In this document: positions 21,912 to 31,845 of the stretch, one piece after another
Position numbering within the stretch: the stretch's first letter is position 1
How the letters are laid out: each line of letters opens with the position of its first letter
Assembly (NCBI GenBank): GCA_963706595.1
Contig: OY970166.1
Span: 3,168,001 to 3,232,000 of the forward strand
DNA length: 64,000 nt
From: an uncultured cyanobacterium
GTDB lineage: Bacteria > Cyanobacteriota > Cyanobacteriia > Cyanobacteriales > Nostocaceae
Direction of reading: 5' to 3'
Translations under genes and position numbers: made by a program
The notes under the pieces: generated by a model
Database searches by the model: none
Told to the model about the DNA's origin: nothing
Seen by the model: only the letters and a program-made list of their open reading frames with translations

Positions 21912-22583
21912 TTAAGTTTTATTTCTGGGGTTAGAGTTAGCTAACCAAAGTTGTTCATCTATTGTGTCTTTGGCAATTACAAGATAATTTTTTGGTTGAT
22001 TTTCAATGATAATCACTTGCTCACCACGTTGTGGGGCAATAGTTGCCCATTCTGGTAAAGCAGCACTAATTGTGAGAAAATTCTGTTTTGAATCTAGTAC
22101 ATCTACTTGACCAATTTTATCCACCTTTTCATTGGGAATATAAAAAGAACTCACAGTACCAATACAACCAATCAAGCGATCGCTACTGGCATCTTCACCA
22201 AAATCTGCAAAAAGTTTGCCAATTATTTCGGCAATAAATCTTCCCACTAATAAGCTAAGAATTAACGAAATTACTAAAATAGTACCGCTAATAAAGGCAC
22301 TCCAAGCACCATTAATTATGCCACTAGCCCAAGTATTTAATATTAGTCCAATCAGTCCCCACAAACTCAAATCTGCTGCTAGTAATAAGATGAGTGGAGC
22401 CTTACCAATACCTAGCCATCCCAAGGCTTGACCAAAACTTAAATCGCCATCTGTATCCGCATCAAATTCGGCATCTGTATCCGCATCTGCATCTCCCCCA
22501 CCAGAAATGATCACGAACAAAAACAGCAATACTCCCATTCCCAGGAATATCCAATAAGGCAAGTTGGCGGGACTAAACAGCAT
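21912..22583 (-). CDS. YqiJ/DUF1449-like membrane protein with OB-fold (NfeD-like partner)
   Basis: PANLPYW..., acidic DADTD linker, LGWLGIGKAPL, C-terminal OB-fold; directly upstream of flotillin. Confidence 0.8.
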   Translation of the reverse strand: MLFSPANLPYWIFLGMGVLLFLFVIISGGGDADADTDAEFDADTDGDLSFGQALGWLGIGKAPLILLLAADLSLWGLIGLILNTWASGIINGAWSAFISGTILVISLILSLLVGRFIAEIIGKLFADFGEDASSDRLIGCIGTVSSFYIPNEKVDKIGQVDVLDSKQNFLTISAALPEWATIAPQRGEQVIIIENQPKNYLVIAKDTIDEQLWLANSNPRNKT

Positions 22584-22841
22584 AAAAATTTGTCAATGCT
22601 ATGTATTTGGCTGTTGTGCTACACTAAAATGTCAGGAAAATTACACCTGTCCACGCAACATTCTACATTTTATATTTCGCAGTTAATTTTTATTTGAATA
22701 CAAGAAAATATTTATTTATATTTGTTAGGATTTCTACCGAAAAAGTTAAGTTATTTACTAAGGCATAAAATATTTTTTGTCAATATTGAAAATATTAAAT
22801 TTGTATTAAATAGTCTGTTGGAAATCATTAGCGATTAATTA

Positions 22842-22925
22842 TATGGCGGTTCTTAGTTGAGTGAGATATAAGAACCCCACCCCCAACCCCCTCCCCGCAA
22901 GCGAGGAGGGGGCTATGATGTACCA
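22842..22925. repeat. Partial MITE/REP (CCCCACCCCCAACCCCCTCCCCGCAAGCGAGGAGGGGGCTATG)
   Basis: Same unit at about 35335-35380, 52120-52162 and 60238-60280. Confidence 0.8.
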
Positions 22926-23241
22926 AAAGAGGCAGGGGTGCAGGGTGCAAGGGGGAGTAAGAAATTACTTTAAACTTCTGGTTACTTAGCAACTATTCCT
23001 CTTCTCCCCTGCACCCTGCCCCCTGCCCCCGTTCCTCTTCTCCCCTGCACCCTGCCCCCTGCCCCCATTCCTCTTCTCCCCTGCCCCCTGCCCCTTGTCC
23101 TCTTCGCTGACTCATGCTTTGGTAGTCCCAGAGAAGTAAGACGGGATGGGGAGGCAGGAAAATTTCGCCTTTAAGCCCTTTAAGTTTTAACCTTTCTGGC
23201 GCTAGAATTGTTACAATTCTTTCAGATTAGACATTGAAGCC

Positions 23242-25681
23242 TTGATCCAATCTGAGACCTTAGACCTACTCGAATGGCATCGCCTTTGCCAGCATCTTTC
23301 CACATTTGCGGCAACTAAGCTAGGGGCGATCGCATCACTTCGTTTGAACATCCCTACATCTCAAGCAGCAAGTCAACAGTTGTTAGCACAAACCAAAGAA
23401 GTCTACCAACTGGAAACTCGGACGACAACAGGACTATCTTTTGAGGGGATTCAAGATATTGGGGATTCCTTGGAACGCGCCGAACTTAGCGGTATTTTAG
23501 CAGGGGATGAACTGCTGGCGATCGCTACCACTTTGGCCGGAACGAGAAATTTACGCCGTGTCATTGACAACCAAGAAGATTTGCCCACATTGGCGGATTT
23601 AGTCGCCGATTTGCGGACTTATCCCGAATTAGAGCAAGAAATACACCGTTGTATTGATGAACGCGGCCAAGTAACTGATCGTGCGAGTCTGAAATTGGGA
23701 GAAATTCGCACAGATTTGCGGAAAGTACGCAGTCAAATTACCAAGAAACTGCAAAATATTTTACAAGCAAAATCTGGGGCAGTTCAAGAACAGATTATCA
23801 CTCAACGGGGCGATCGCTATGTCATCCCGGTGAAAGCACCCCAAAAAGATGCCATTCCCGGCATTGTGCATGATACTTCAACCAGTGGCGCGACTCTTTA
23901 CGTAGAGCCTAATTCTATAGTGCCTCTGGGTAATCAACTGCGGCAGACTATTAGAAGAGAACAAACAGAAGAAGAAGTAATTCGCCGGACATTAACACAA
24001 AAAGTAGCGGAAGTCAAGCCAGATTTAGAACGGTTGTTAGCAATTGTGACAACTTTGGATTTAGCCACCGCCAGAGCGAGGTATAGTTTCTGGTTAGGAG
24101 CAAATCCCCCCAGATTTATCAACCGTGAAGACAATGAAATCATTACCCTGCGGCAATTACGGCATCCTTTGTTAGTGTGGCAACAGCAGCACGAACAGGG
24201 TCAAGCTGTGGTTCCCGTAGATTTACTCATCAGTCCCCATCTGCGGGTAGTCACGATTACCGGACCGAATACCGGGGGTAAAACAGTCAGTTTAAAAACC
24301 CTAGCTTTAGCAGCATTAATGGCCAAGGTAGGGTTATTTGTTCCTGCCCGTGAACCAGTGGAAATACCTTGGTTTGACCAAGTATTAGCTGATATTGGGG
24401 ATGAACAATCGTTACAGCAAAGTTTATCGACATTTTCTGGACATATTCGCCGAATTAGTCGAATTTTGAATGCCTTGGATCACGAGGAACAGCCAGAAAA
24501 TACTACCCCATCTCCTACTTGTACAGACGCGATTCATCGCGTCTCTAGCAACTCACTCGTTCTCCTCGATGAAGTCGGCGCAGGAACTGATCCAGTAGAA
24601 GGTAGTGCTTTGGCGATCGCCTTACTGCAATATCTCGCCAATCATGCCCAGCTAACCATTGCGACCACTCACTTTGGTGAATTGAAAGCGCTGAAATATG
24701 AAGATGAGCGATTTGAAAATGCTTCGGTAGAATTTGATGAAAGTACCTCTTTCGCCTACCTATCGTTTATTGTGGGGAATTCCTGGACGTTCCAACGCCT
24801 TGACAATTGCCCGACGTTTGGGTTTAAAACCAGAAGTGGTGACACAGGCGAAAACTCAGGTAGGAGGGGCGACAGACGAAGTTAATCAGGTGATTGCTGG
24901 GTTAGAAGCGCAACGCCGCCGCCAAGAAACCAAAGCTGCGGAAGCTCAAAGTTTGTTGCAGCAAGCAGAACGTTTATACAAGGAAGTTTCGGCAAAATCT
25001 GATGCTTTGCAAGAACGGGAAAAAGCTTTGCGGGCTGATCAGGAAGTTGCAGTACAGCAAGCGATCGCACAAGCTAAAGGTGAAATTGCCCAAGTGATTC
25101 GCCGCTTGCAAAAAGGCACACCAAAAGCCCAAGATGCCCAACAAGCAACGGATGCGTTAAATCAAATTTCCCAGAAATATCAGCCCAAAGTAGCGCCTAA
25201 GCCCAAAGTAGGGTTTATGCCGAAAGTAGGCAATCGCGTCCGGCTTTCTCAGTTTGGGCAAACAGCAGAGGTTTTAACCGCCCCCGATGCTGATGGTGAA
25301 TTTAGTGTGCGTTTTGGCATCATGAAAATGAGCGTGAAGCTGGAAGACATCGAATCTTTGGATGGTCAAAAACCTGAACCAGTTGTTAAACAAAAGCCAG
25401 CCCCAGCCGCAGTCACTCAACCAGAACAAAGCGTCCCAGCGATTCGCACCTCTCGAAATACAGTGGATTTGCGTGGAAAACGGGTAGCTGATTCGGAGAT
25501 TGTTTTAGATAAAGCCATTTCAGAAGCTACAGGCCCCCTATGGATTATTCACGGACACGGCACTGGTAAGTTGCGCCAAGGAGTTCACACCTTTTTGCAC
25601 CAACACCCCAGAGTTAGCCACCATGAACCCGCAGCACAGGCAGATGGTGGTAGTGGTGTCACCATTGCCCACGTCAAATAA
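23242..25681 (+). CDS. mutS2: Endonuclease MutS2, split by a +1 frameshift near 24747
   Basis: TGPNTGGKT, LLDEVGAGTDP, ATTH; second frame continues LSPTYRLLWGIPGRS to the Smr domain (DLRG, IHGHGTG). Confidence 0.93.
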
Positions 25682-25742
25682 ACTGGCAATAAATATCACG
25701 GGCGCAGACTCATAAATTTTTAATATCTAATTACTAATTGTT

Positions 25743-26095
25743 TAGGAGTTACGCATTGACAATAAATACCAAATATGTTTAACACTAAGCACATATTTCG
25801 TAGGGGTTTAGCAATGCTCATACGTGTCAACTTAAGATTAAATCGGCGGTTAAAAACCGCATCTACACAGGCAAAACCCACCTCCGTGGGTTTCAGATCC
25901 TCGATTTTTCCTGAGTCCGCGCAGGCGGACTTTGTTTGTGTAGCCGCGACTTCCAGTCGCCGGGGCTTTGTTTGTGTAGCTAAACCCCTACCACACGGGT
26001 ATATTTACTATCAACATAATCATTGTTCAAAGCCGGAAATTGGCTATTTTCGGTGACAGTATACCATGATTAATTTGTACAGTGCGTAAGTCCTA
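25743..26095. mobile_element. MITE with TAGGA(C/G)TTACGCA TIRs and nested repeats
   Basis: taggagttacgca at 25743 / tgcgtaagtccta ending 26095; internal GTAGGGGTTTAGC..GCTAAACCCCTAC palindrome split by further repeats. Confidence 0.75.
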
Positions 26096-26391
26096 TTGTT
26101 TTGATATTCTTAGTAATTAGCAATTAGATATTAACTGCATTCAGTAAGGTCTATTTATACATTTATACGGAAATAATGCTTTTCTTTCGGAAGAACTTGA
26201 TCGGTTTAGTCAAGTAAATTTCTTGAAAATTAATTTTCATCTAGTAGAGTAAGACAAAGACTATTGCTGTTGACCAAAAAGAGCAAAGCTTGCGGCAGCT
26301 TCTAGCTAATAGCGATGGGAAACCAACCTGGAGATTTCAGAGTCTGGTTTCAAAATGGGTAACAGCAACAGCCCCTACAGCCTGATCACCT

Positions 26392-26997
26392 ATGCTAAAA
26401 GTTATGCACTCGGCCGCCGATTCAGCCACACCCAATCCCCAGTGGGCGGATTTAATTAAGCTTCCAGCCCCAAACACAGTTAAGTGGGACAACATCAAAA
26501 CCCAGTTAGACTTGGTGCTGTTGGCGCTAGAAACTTTAACTGGTATTGGTTCCGAGGCCATGCTGTCTGCGGCAATTAATCTGAATTTAGAGTCAAGAGT
26601 GCCAGACCGGGTAGCTTTATGGCGCTTGCGTCAGTCTAACCCCTTACGGAAAGGTCAAGGTGGGCGAAAAAAGCTAGATGTGGAAGAAGCGCGATCGCTG
26701 GTTCTCATTAACTGCTACCTCGCCAAACAGCACCAGGAGTTGATTCGCCGTGCTGTTGGTCTATTAGAACAAATGGCGGAAAACAAGCGGGAACCTCATC
26801 AGGCTGCCTTACTTGGAGATTACATCGATGCTTTTTGCAATACTTACCAAGAACGGATGGAAGAAGACGACCAAATAACCACGGATCTACTCACCCACTT
26901 GGCGCTAAAACTGCTTGTAGATTTACTGTTTTACAGTGCGCCTGGTGGACATCGCCGTTTCTGGCTAGCACTCATAGACAGTTCTGCAAAATTTTAG
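26392..26997 (+). CDS. DUF3038 family protein
   Basis: LDLVLLALETL, DRVALWRLRQSNPLR, LLFYSAPGGHRRFW. Confidence 0.8.
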   Translation: MLKVMHSAADSATPNPQWADLIKLPAPNTVKWDNIKTQLDLVLLALETLTGIGSEAMLSAAINLNLESRVPDRVALWRLRQSNPLRKGQGGRKKLDVEEARSLVLINCYLAKQHQELIRRAVGLLEQMAENKREPHQAALLGDYIDAFCNTYQERMEEDDQITTDLLTHLALKLLVDLLFYSAPGGHRRFWLALIDSSAKF

Positions 26998-27024
26998 ATA
27001 ATCGTCTCCCTCGCCGTTCCTGCC

Positions 27025-28599
27025 ATGCCACCATTAAATTCTGTCATTAGACGCTACACACCTCCGACTTGTACCTTAGAAATATTGGCGCAAAGTTCAC
27101 CTTTATCCCATTGGATGGGAAAAACGGTGATTAAGCAGCTTACCTTTGAACTCCACTTTGATGATCCGCAACTACCAGAAGAAGGTAGAATCAAAATTCG
27201 GGGCGATCGCGATCAACTAGAAATCTTGTGTGATGTTGTCACCAGCTACGTCCAAGAATTTCTCCAACAACCCCCAGATAACTTTTGGCTGAGTCTTTGT
27301 GAACCCCAAGATTCTAGTAAAGTATCTGATGATTTAGAATTCACGGATTTTCAGCCATCTTTACAACCAACCATTAAAAACCTCAAATCTTTCAAAGACC
27401 AAACAGAGAACAAAATTTACTTAGAAACAGGCAGTTATTTAACTCACAATCTGTTTCTTGGACCCCTTGCTAACGACATATCTGGTTCTGTAATTCAACT
27501 GAGTTTATTGCAACTATTCGATTTAGCAACTGCTTTAGACGAATATTCTGCTGATGTCATGGCGTTACCAAATCTCCATAACAATAATAAAGTTCTGCAA
27601 TTACCAACTTGGGCCCCTATTGCCGCAGTCATGGTTTTAGGTATAGGTTTATTACCCATAACTTTGCAATTTGCCAACAATAACCGCCAAAATCAGCCAC
27701 AAATAGCGGCAACATCAAATCCAGAAACAGCGCAAACAGCCCTGGAACCCTCAGCTTCTCTGCCCACATTACCACCAGGATTTACACCCCCGGATGATGT
27801 GAAACCGCTACCTCCAGGCTCAGACTCTCAATTTCCTTCCCCTAATTTTCCTCAACAGCCACCGACAGCATCTAATTCTGGTCTGTTGAGCAGTTCCTCT
27901 TCATCTTTACCATCTCAACAAGATCCACTGTCTATATTTGAGACTAAAATCCCCAATATAGAAAGTAATGCCCAAGGTACTGCCTCTACAAGAATTCCCC
28001 CACAAATTGCTATCCAGCCAAATCCTCAGAGTGAAAGTGCGCTACCCCAAAGGCGGACTTTACCCCCTAACCTATCTGCTAACAGAGACACATTACCCAG
28101 TACCTCATCAGTTCCCTTGTCTGTGTCTACTAATCCCAACAGCAATATTAGGCAGACTTCTTCCTCCTCTGACATCAAGATCCAGCAAATAGAAGAAAGA
28201 ATTAATGCTGCTGTCAATGCGGCTAATGAGGCAGATAATAATTCCTTAGTGGGGAGATTAACTAATGAACCCGTAAAGCCGAAATCTGAAGAGTTAACCT
28301 CGGCGAGGACGTTGTTTGACACACCTCAAGTAGCAGAAGCTAGAGAAATCTTTACAAAGCGCTGGCAACCACCAACTGGATTCACGCAAACATTAGAATA
28401 TAGTTTAATGGTGGCTGTTGATGGTAAGCTAGAAAGGATATATCCCCTCAATCAAGCTGCCAGAACATTCGTTGAAAATGTGGGGATGCCTGAAATTGGT
28501 CAACCCTTTGTTTCTGCTAATAAATATGGACAAAATGTCAGGATTCGAGTTGTTCTCGGTCCTGATGGTAGGGTTCAAACATTTCCTGAAGATGAATAA
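27025..28599 (+). CDS. DUF4335 family membrane protein
   Basis: RRYTPPTCTLEI N-terminus, LSLLQLFDLATALDEY, TM helix, Pro/Ser-rich linker. Confidence 0.75.
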   Translation: MPPLNSVIRRYTPPTCTLEILAQSSPLSHWMGKTVIKQLTFELHFDDPQLPEEGRIKIRGDRDQLEILCDVVTSYVQEFLQQPPDNFWLSLCEPQDSSKVSDDLEFTDFQPSLQPTIKNLKSFKDQTENKIYLETGSYLTHNLFLGPLANDISGSVIQLSLLQLFDLATALDEYSADVMALPNLHNNNKVLQLPTWAPIAAVMVLGIGLLPITLQFANNNRQNQPQIAATSNPETAQTALEPSASLPTLPPGFTPPDDVKPLPPGSDSQFPSPNFPQQPPTASNSGLLSSSSSSLPSQQDPLSIFETKIPNIESNAQGTASTRIPPQIAIQPNPQSESALPQRRTLPPNLSANRDTLPSTSSVPLSVSTNPNSNIRQTSSSSDIKIQQIEERINAAVNAANEADNNSLVGRLTNEPVKPKSEELTSARTLFDTPQVAEAREIFTKRWQPPTGFTQTLEYSLMVAVDGKLERIYPLNQAARTFVENVGMPEIGQPFVSANKYGQNVRIRVVLGPDGRVQTFPEDE

Positions 28600-28628
28600 C
28601 TCATAATTCGTAACTGATAATAGTTATG

Positions 28629-28660
28629 TATCAGGTAGGGATTTACATCTCCACCTGATA
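28629..28660. terminator. Probable bidirectional terminator hairpin
   Basis: TATCAGGT..ACCTGATA inverted repeat between convergent genes. Confidence 0.5.
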
Positions 28661-28696
28661 CAAGACCGCCTATAGAGGCTTGATAATTGCGAATTA

Positions 28697-29155
28697 TTAA
28701 TGGGGTTTTTGGTTTTTTAACTTTTGTTTTTTACGTCGCCGTTCAGCAGCATATACAGCCTGTTCAACTGGATAGCCCGCAATAGGTATAGCCTGATATT
28801 TGCGTTCTTCTTCTAACTTTTTCAGTTCGGTGTAATCAACCCAATGGATGCAATCGACTGGACAAGTATCAATTGCTTCTTGGATGATATCCTCGCCGTC
28901 ACCATCTTGGCGAATCACGCGCGATCGCCCATAATCTGGTTCAATGTAGAAGGTGTTACGCGCCACATGAGCGCAGTGTAAGCAGCCAATGCAGGTGATT
29001 TCATCAACGTAAACACCCTTTTGACGCTCAATACCACCCAATTCCGGCTCTAAACCAGAGCGTTCTGGGTCATCTCGTAAGAAGCCGCCTAACTCTGGTT
29101 CCAAACCGTTCTGGTTCTCTTCTGGTTCAGACTGCGAGGGCAGAAAATCAGCCAT
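28697..29155 (-). CDS. 4Fe-4S ferredoxin (cyanobacterial ycf35-cluster type)
   Basis: CIGCLHC and CPVDCIHW. Confidence 0.9.
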   Translation of the reverse strand: MADFLPSQSEPEENQNGLEPELGGFLRDDPERSGLEPELGGIERQKGVYVDEITCIGCLHCAHVARNTFYIEPDYGRSRVIRQDGDGEDIIQEAIDTCPVDCIHWVDYTELKKLEEERKYQAIPIAGYPVEQAVYAAERRRKKQKLKNQKPH

Positions 29156-29541
29156 TACGCACTCCAGCGTTGTACTACTAAGCGAATTGAGCCATCTTGA
29201 TTTTTTTCTTGTTCAGTCACTTGAAAGCCTGCGCGAGCGGTTTCTTTGACAACAGACTGATAAGCATAGCGTTGAGTCACTTGGCGTAAGAAGCCATCGA
29301 CAGACAAGCCTTGTTGCCAATATTGCAAGTCAGCCACCAACTCATATTCTTTGCCATTCCATCTAAAACCGATGTCATAGCCATTTTCCTGCTCAATCGT
29401 GACTTCCGCAGGATGAGTTTGACCGCGATAGCCACGGACTTCGCGAGGGCCGGGTTTCCAGTCTATGCCCAATTCTGTTAGAGCATCTTTCAAAGAATCA
29501 AGGTTACGGATTTGAGTTTTAATTTGGCTAAAGTGTGACAT
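29155..29541 (-). CDS. ycf35: Ycf35/DUF1257 protein
   Basis: MSHFSQIKT...YDIGFRWNG.EYELVADLQYW. Confidence 0.9.
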   Translation of the reverse strand: MSHFSQIKTQIRNLDSLKDALTELGIDWKPGPREVRGYRGQTHPAEVTIEQENGYDIGFRWNGKEYELVADLQYWQQGLSVDGFLRQVTQRYAYQSVVKETARAGFQVTEQEKNQDGSIRLVVQRWSA

Positions 29542-29580
29542 GGCAGTTGTGAATAAATGACACGAAACTTTTAAAAAAAT

Positions 29581-29802
29581 TTACCAATCGCTGTATGTGG
29601 CTTGGGTAGTTGCTACAGCTGATTGTTGCACCTGTGCGGCGAAGAATTCTGAGGTTGGCTGATGACTAAGTACTTGTCCCAGTTGTGCTTCTATTGCTGC
29701 TGTAACCTCAGCGCAAGAATTGCCCACAATGCCAGTGACTGTTTCTTGTACTCGACCGTCTGGATAGATGATGAACTCTAATGTCTCCATGCTTTTAGCC
29801 AA
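29581..29802 (-). CDS. DUF2997 protein
   Basis: FIIYPDGRVQETVTGIVGNSC; conserved with ycf35. Confidence 0.85.
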   Translation of the reverse strand: MAKSMETLEFIIYPDGRVQETVTGIVGNSCAEVTAAIEAQLGQVLSHQPTSEFFAAQVQQSAVATTQATYSDW

Positions 29803-30366
29803 CCTTGATAGTACGTTTGAACTTTACTGCCTGAGCAGCCGGCTAAAAATATAGCCATCGGAACATTGTTACTTAGATACAAACTTGCCATTTGTGAACA
29901 AATGTTCCATCTCTCAAAATATATATCTCAGAATCTTTACAAATTTTATTAATATTATAAGCACATACATCAGTTATTAGTTAGTTTCGCTTAACATACT
30001 AAATTAGTCAAGCTCACAATTCCGCAGCCAAGATGAGCTAGAAAAGCCCTCAAATCGAGCATTAGCAGTAGTTTAACCCGTGCTGTGGTTCATAAAAGTA
30101 TACATTTTATTGAAAAATTTTATCATTACCATTGAATATACACTATTCTTGCCATAGATAGTTTCAATGAAGATAGTGTACCCCAGTAGGATTATTTCAT
30201 CTGTGCGCGAAAATAGGGGGTCTTCTTCACAAAACAGTAGGGTGTGTTGTCGCGCAGCGCAACGCACCGTCAACAATTCCAATACCACATAAAACGCCCT
30301 ATCGATAATTTATATTTTTTATATACATTTAATTAATTTCTCTCACTTACTTTTTTAGCAAAATAG

Positions 30367-30984
30367 CTAAGGCGATCGCAACCACCCTAAAAAATCTTTT
30401 GTACTGGCGAAATATTTCTGTATTCCTGCTGCGCTCAATATTTGCTTAATCTCTTTTGTCCCAAAGTCCTTAGAGTTTCCAGTCAACAGAACTTTCTGAG
30501 CATCTGAAGAGGTTTTAGCGTGATTAAGAATAGAATGCAAAATTAAATTATCTGTGGGATCAGGAATAAATTTCTGATTGAGACTGTCTATAAGTATAGA
30601 TGATTCTAGATTTATTAAATCTACATTATTTGCCGTCCATTTTAAAACTTCAAAAAGGCGATTTTCAATATCATCAGCCATTGCTTCATTATTAAGTTTT
30701 GCAATTTGAAGAGAACGCAAAATTTCAGCAGAATATTTTGACTTGATATTTCCTTTCAGTTCATTTCGTTCTTTTTCTAACTTTTCTGCAAAATCATGTC
30801 TCCTTCTGCGTTCATCTGCTAAAACGGAAAGAGACTCCATATAACAAATTGCAGGAGTCACAATTCTAATATTTGATATTTCCTCCAACTCCAACTCTTG
30901 AGGATAGATTAAAATCCGAGAATTTTGGTCTTGGTTTTTAGCAAAGCTAATAAAAAAGTTAGTTTCAATATAGAGTGTAGTCAC
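30367..30984 (-). CDS. PIN domain protein
   Basis: LYIETNF (PIN beta1 acidic residue), ES, DNLILHSI, LLTGNSKDF. Confidence 0.8.
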   Translation of the reverse strand: MTTLYIETNFFISFAKNQDQNSRILIYPQELELEEISNIRIVTPAICYMESLSVLADERRRRHDFAEKLEKERNELKGNIKSKYSAEILRSLQIAKLNNEAMADDIENRLFEVLKWTANNVDLINLESSILIDSLNQKFIPDPTDNLILHSILNHAKTSSDAQKVLLTGNSKDFGTKEIKQILSAAGIQKYFASTKDFLGWLRSP

Positions 30985-31002
30985 TAGATTTTATACCTTA
31001 AA

Positions 31003-31449
31003 TTATGCCGCATCTGCCAAATTTTGCACAAAACCAATTTGTTTTAACTCTTGTGATTTAGGAGGATTATCTGTTTTCCAGTTGTACGCTAAATCTCTTA
31101 ACCAACTTTCAACTAATGTTTCTAGATAAAACTCAGAAATTCTCTTAGTTGCAAATTCGGAATCGTATTCAGTCATCACTTCATGAGTTGGGAAGGTGTA
31201 GACAGTTGCTAGATTTTTACCATCCCATTGAAAAATATTAATGTATTCAGGAGTAGCAGTCATCCCATAAGGAACTATGAGATGATTATGTTGATACTCA
31301 AATTTGAGGATTTCTTCTACTTTTCCTTTAATATCTTCTTCAATATCTCTGGCTCTAATTTTCGATACTAAAAGCTTTTGTCCATTTTTATCCCAAGCTG
31401 TAATATCAGATACTTCTGTTGTTGGGCTACTTAGTTTTTCAACGTCCAT
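31003..31449 (-). CDS. Hypothetical protein, possibly degenerate PD-(D/E)XK / HsdR-N-like fold
   Basis: DITAWDKNGQKLLVSKIR resembles DIxAxD..G..LxVEVK with ExK lost; LVESWLRDLAYNW C-terminus. Confidence 0.5.
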   Translation of the reverse strand: MDVEKLSSPTTEVSDITAWDKNGQKLLVSKIRARDIEEDIKGKVEEILKFEYQHNHLIVPYGMTATPEYINIFQWDGKNLATVYTFPTHEVMTEYDSEFATKRISEFYLETLVESWLRDLAYNWKTDNPPKSQELKQIGFVQNLADAA

Positions 31450-31546
31450 TTTTTAGTCCTCGTGACATTGACTATTGCAACACCTTTATTGTAAAGGATG
31501 AGCGAATAAATCAGTTACAATAATAGTGATAAAGAGGATTGTAACT

Positions 31547-31807
31547 ATGAGCGTCGTTATTCCTAACGAAATATTAACCACAACTCGCATGAATGAAGAG
31601 GAAATGAAGCGAGAAATTGCGGTGATGCTCTTTCAGAAAGACAAGTTAACTCTTGCACAAGCAAGTCGCTTTGCTGGTATGAATCGGATAGCATTTCAGC
31701 ATTTACTCGCAAGTCGTGAAATCCCGGTGCATTATGGGGTTGAAGATTTTGAACAAGACATCAAGAATTTGCGAGAGATGGGTAGACTGTCATCATTATT
31801 CAGATAG
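31547..31807 (+). CDS. UPF0175 family antitoxin-like HTH protein
   Basis: EIAVMLFQKDKLTLAQASRFAGMNRIAFQHLLASREIPVHY..EDFEQD; start ATG 31547. Confidence 0.88.
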   Translation: MSVVIPNEILTTTRMNEEEMKREIAVMLFQKDKLTLAQASRFAGMNRIAFQHLLASREIPVHYGVEDFEQDIKNLREMGRLSSLFR

Positions 31808-31845
31808 GACTGATATATCATCGCTAATAAACGCAAATATTAGAT
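31789..31845 (+). pseudogene. Probable 5' relic of a DUF3368 (PIN) toxin gene
   Basis: CTG-TCA where CTG-TGA/GTG overlap is expected, then VIII and frameshifted TDISSLIN, similar to the MIIVSDTSPLIN start of DUF3368. Confidence 0.45.

Noticed and set aside
24734..24885. Programmed ribosomal frameshifting in mutS2, pilC or grpE
   Set aside because: No shared slippery heptamer or stimulatory structure; sequencing error is simpler.
25775..26056. 93-aa ORF
   Set aside because: It lies wholly inside a MITE made of nested repeats.
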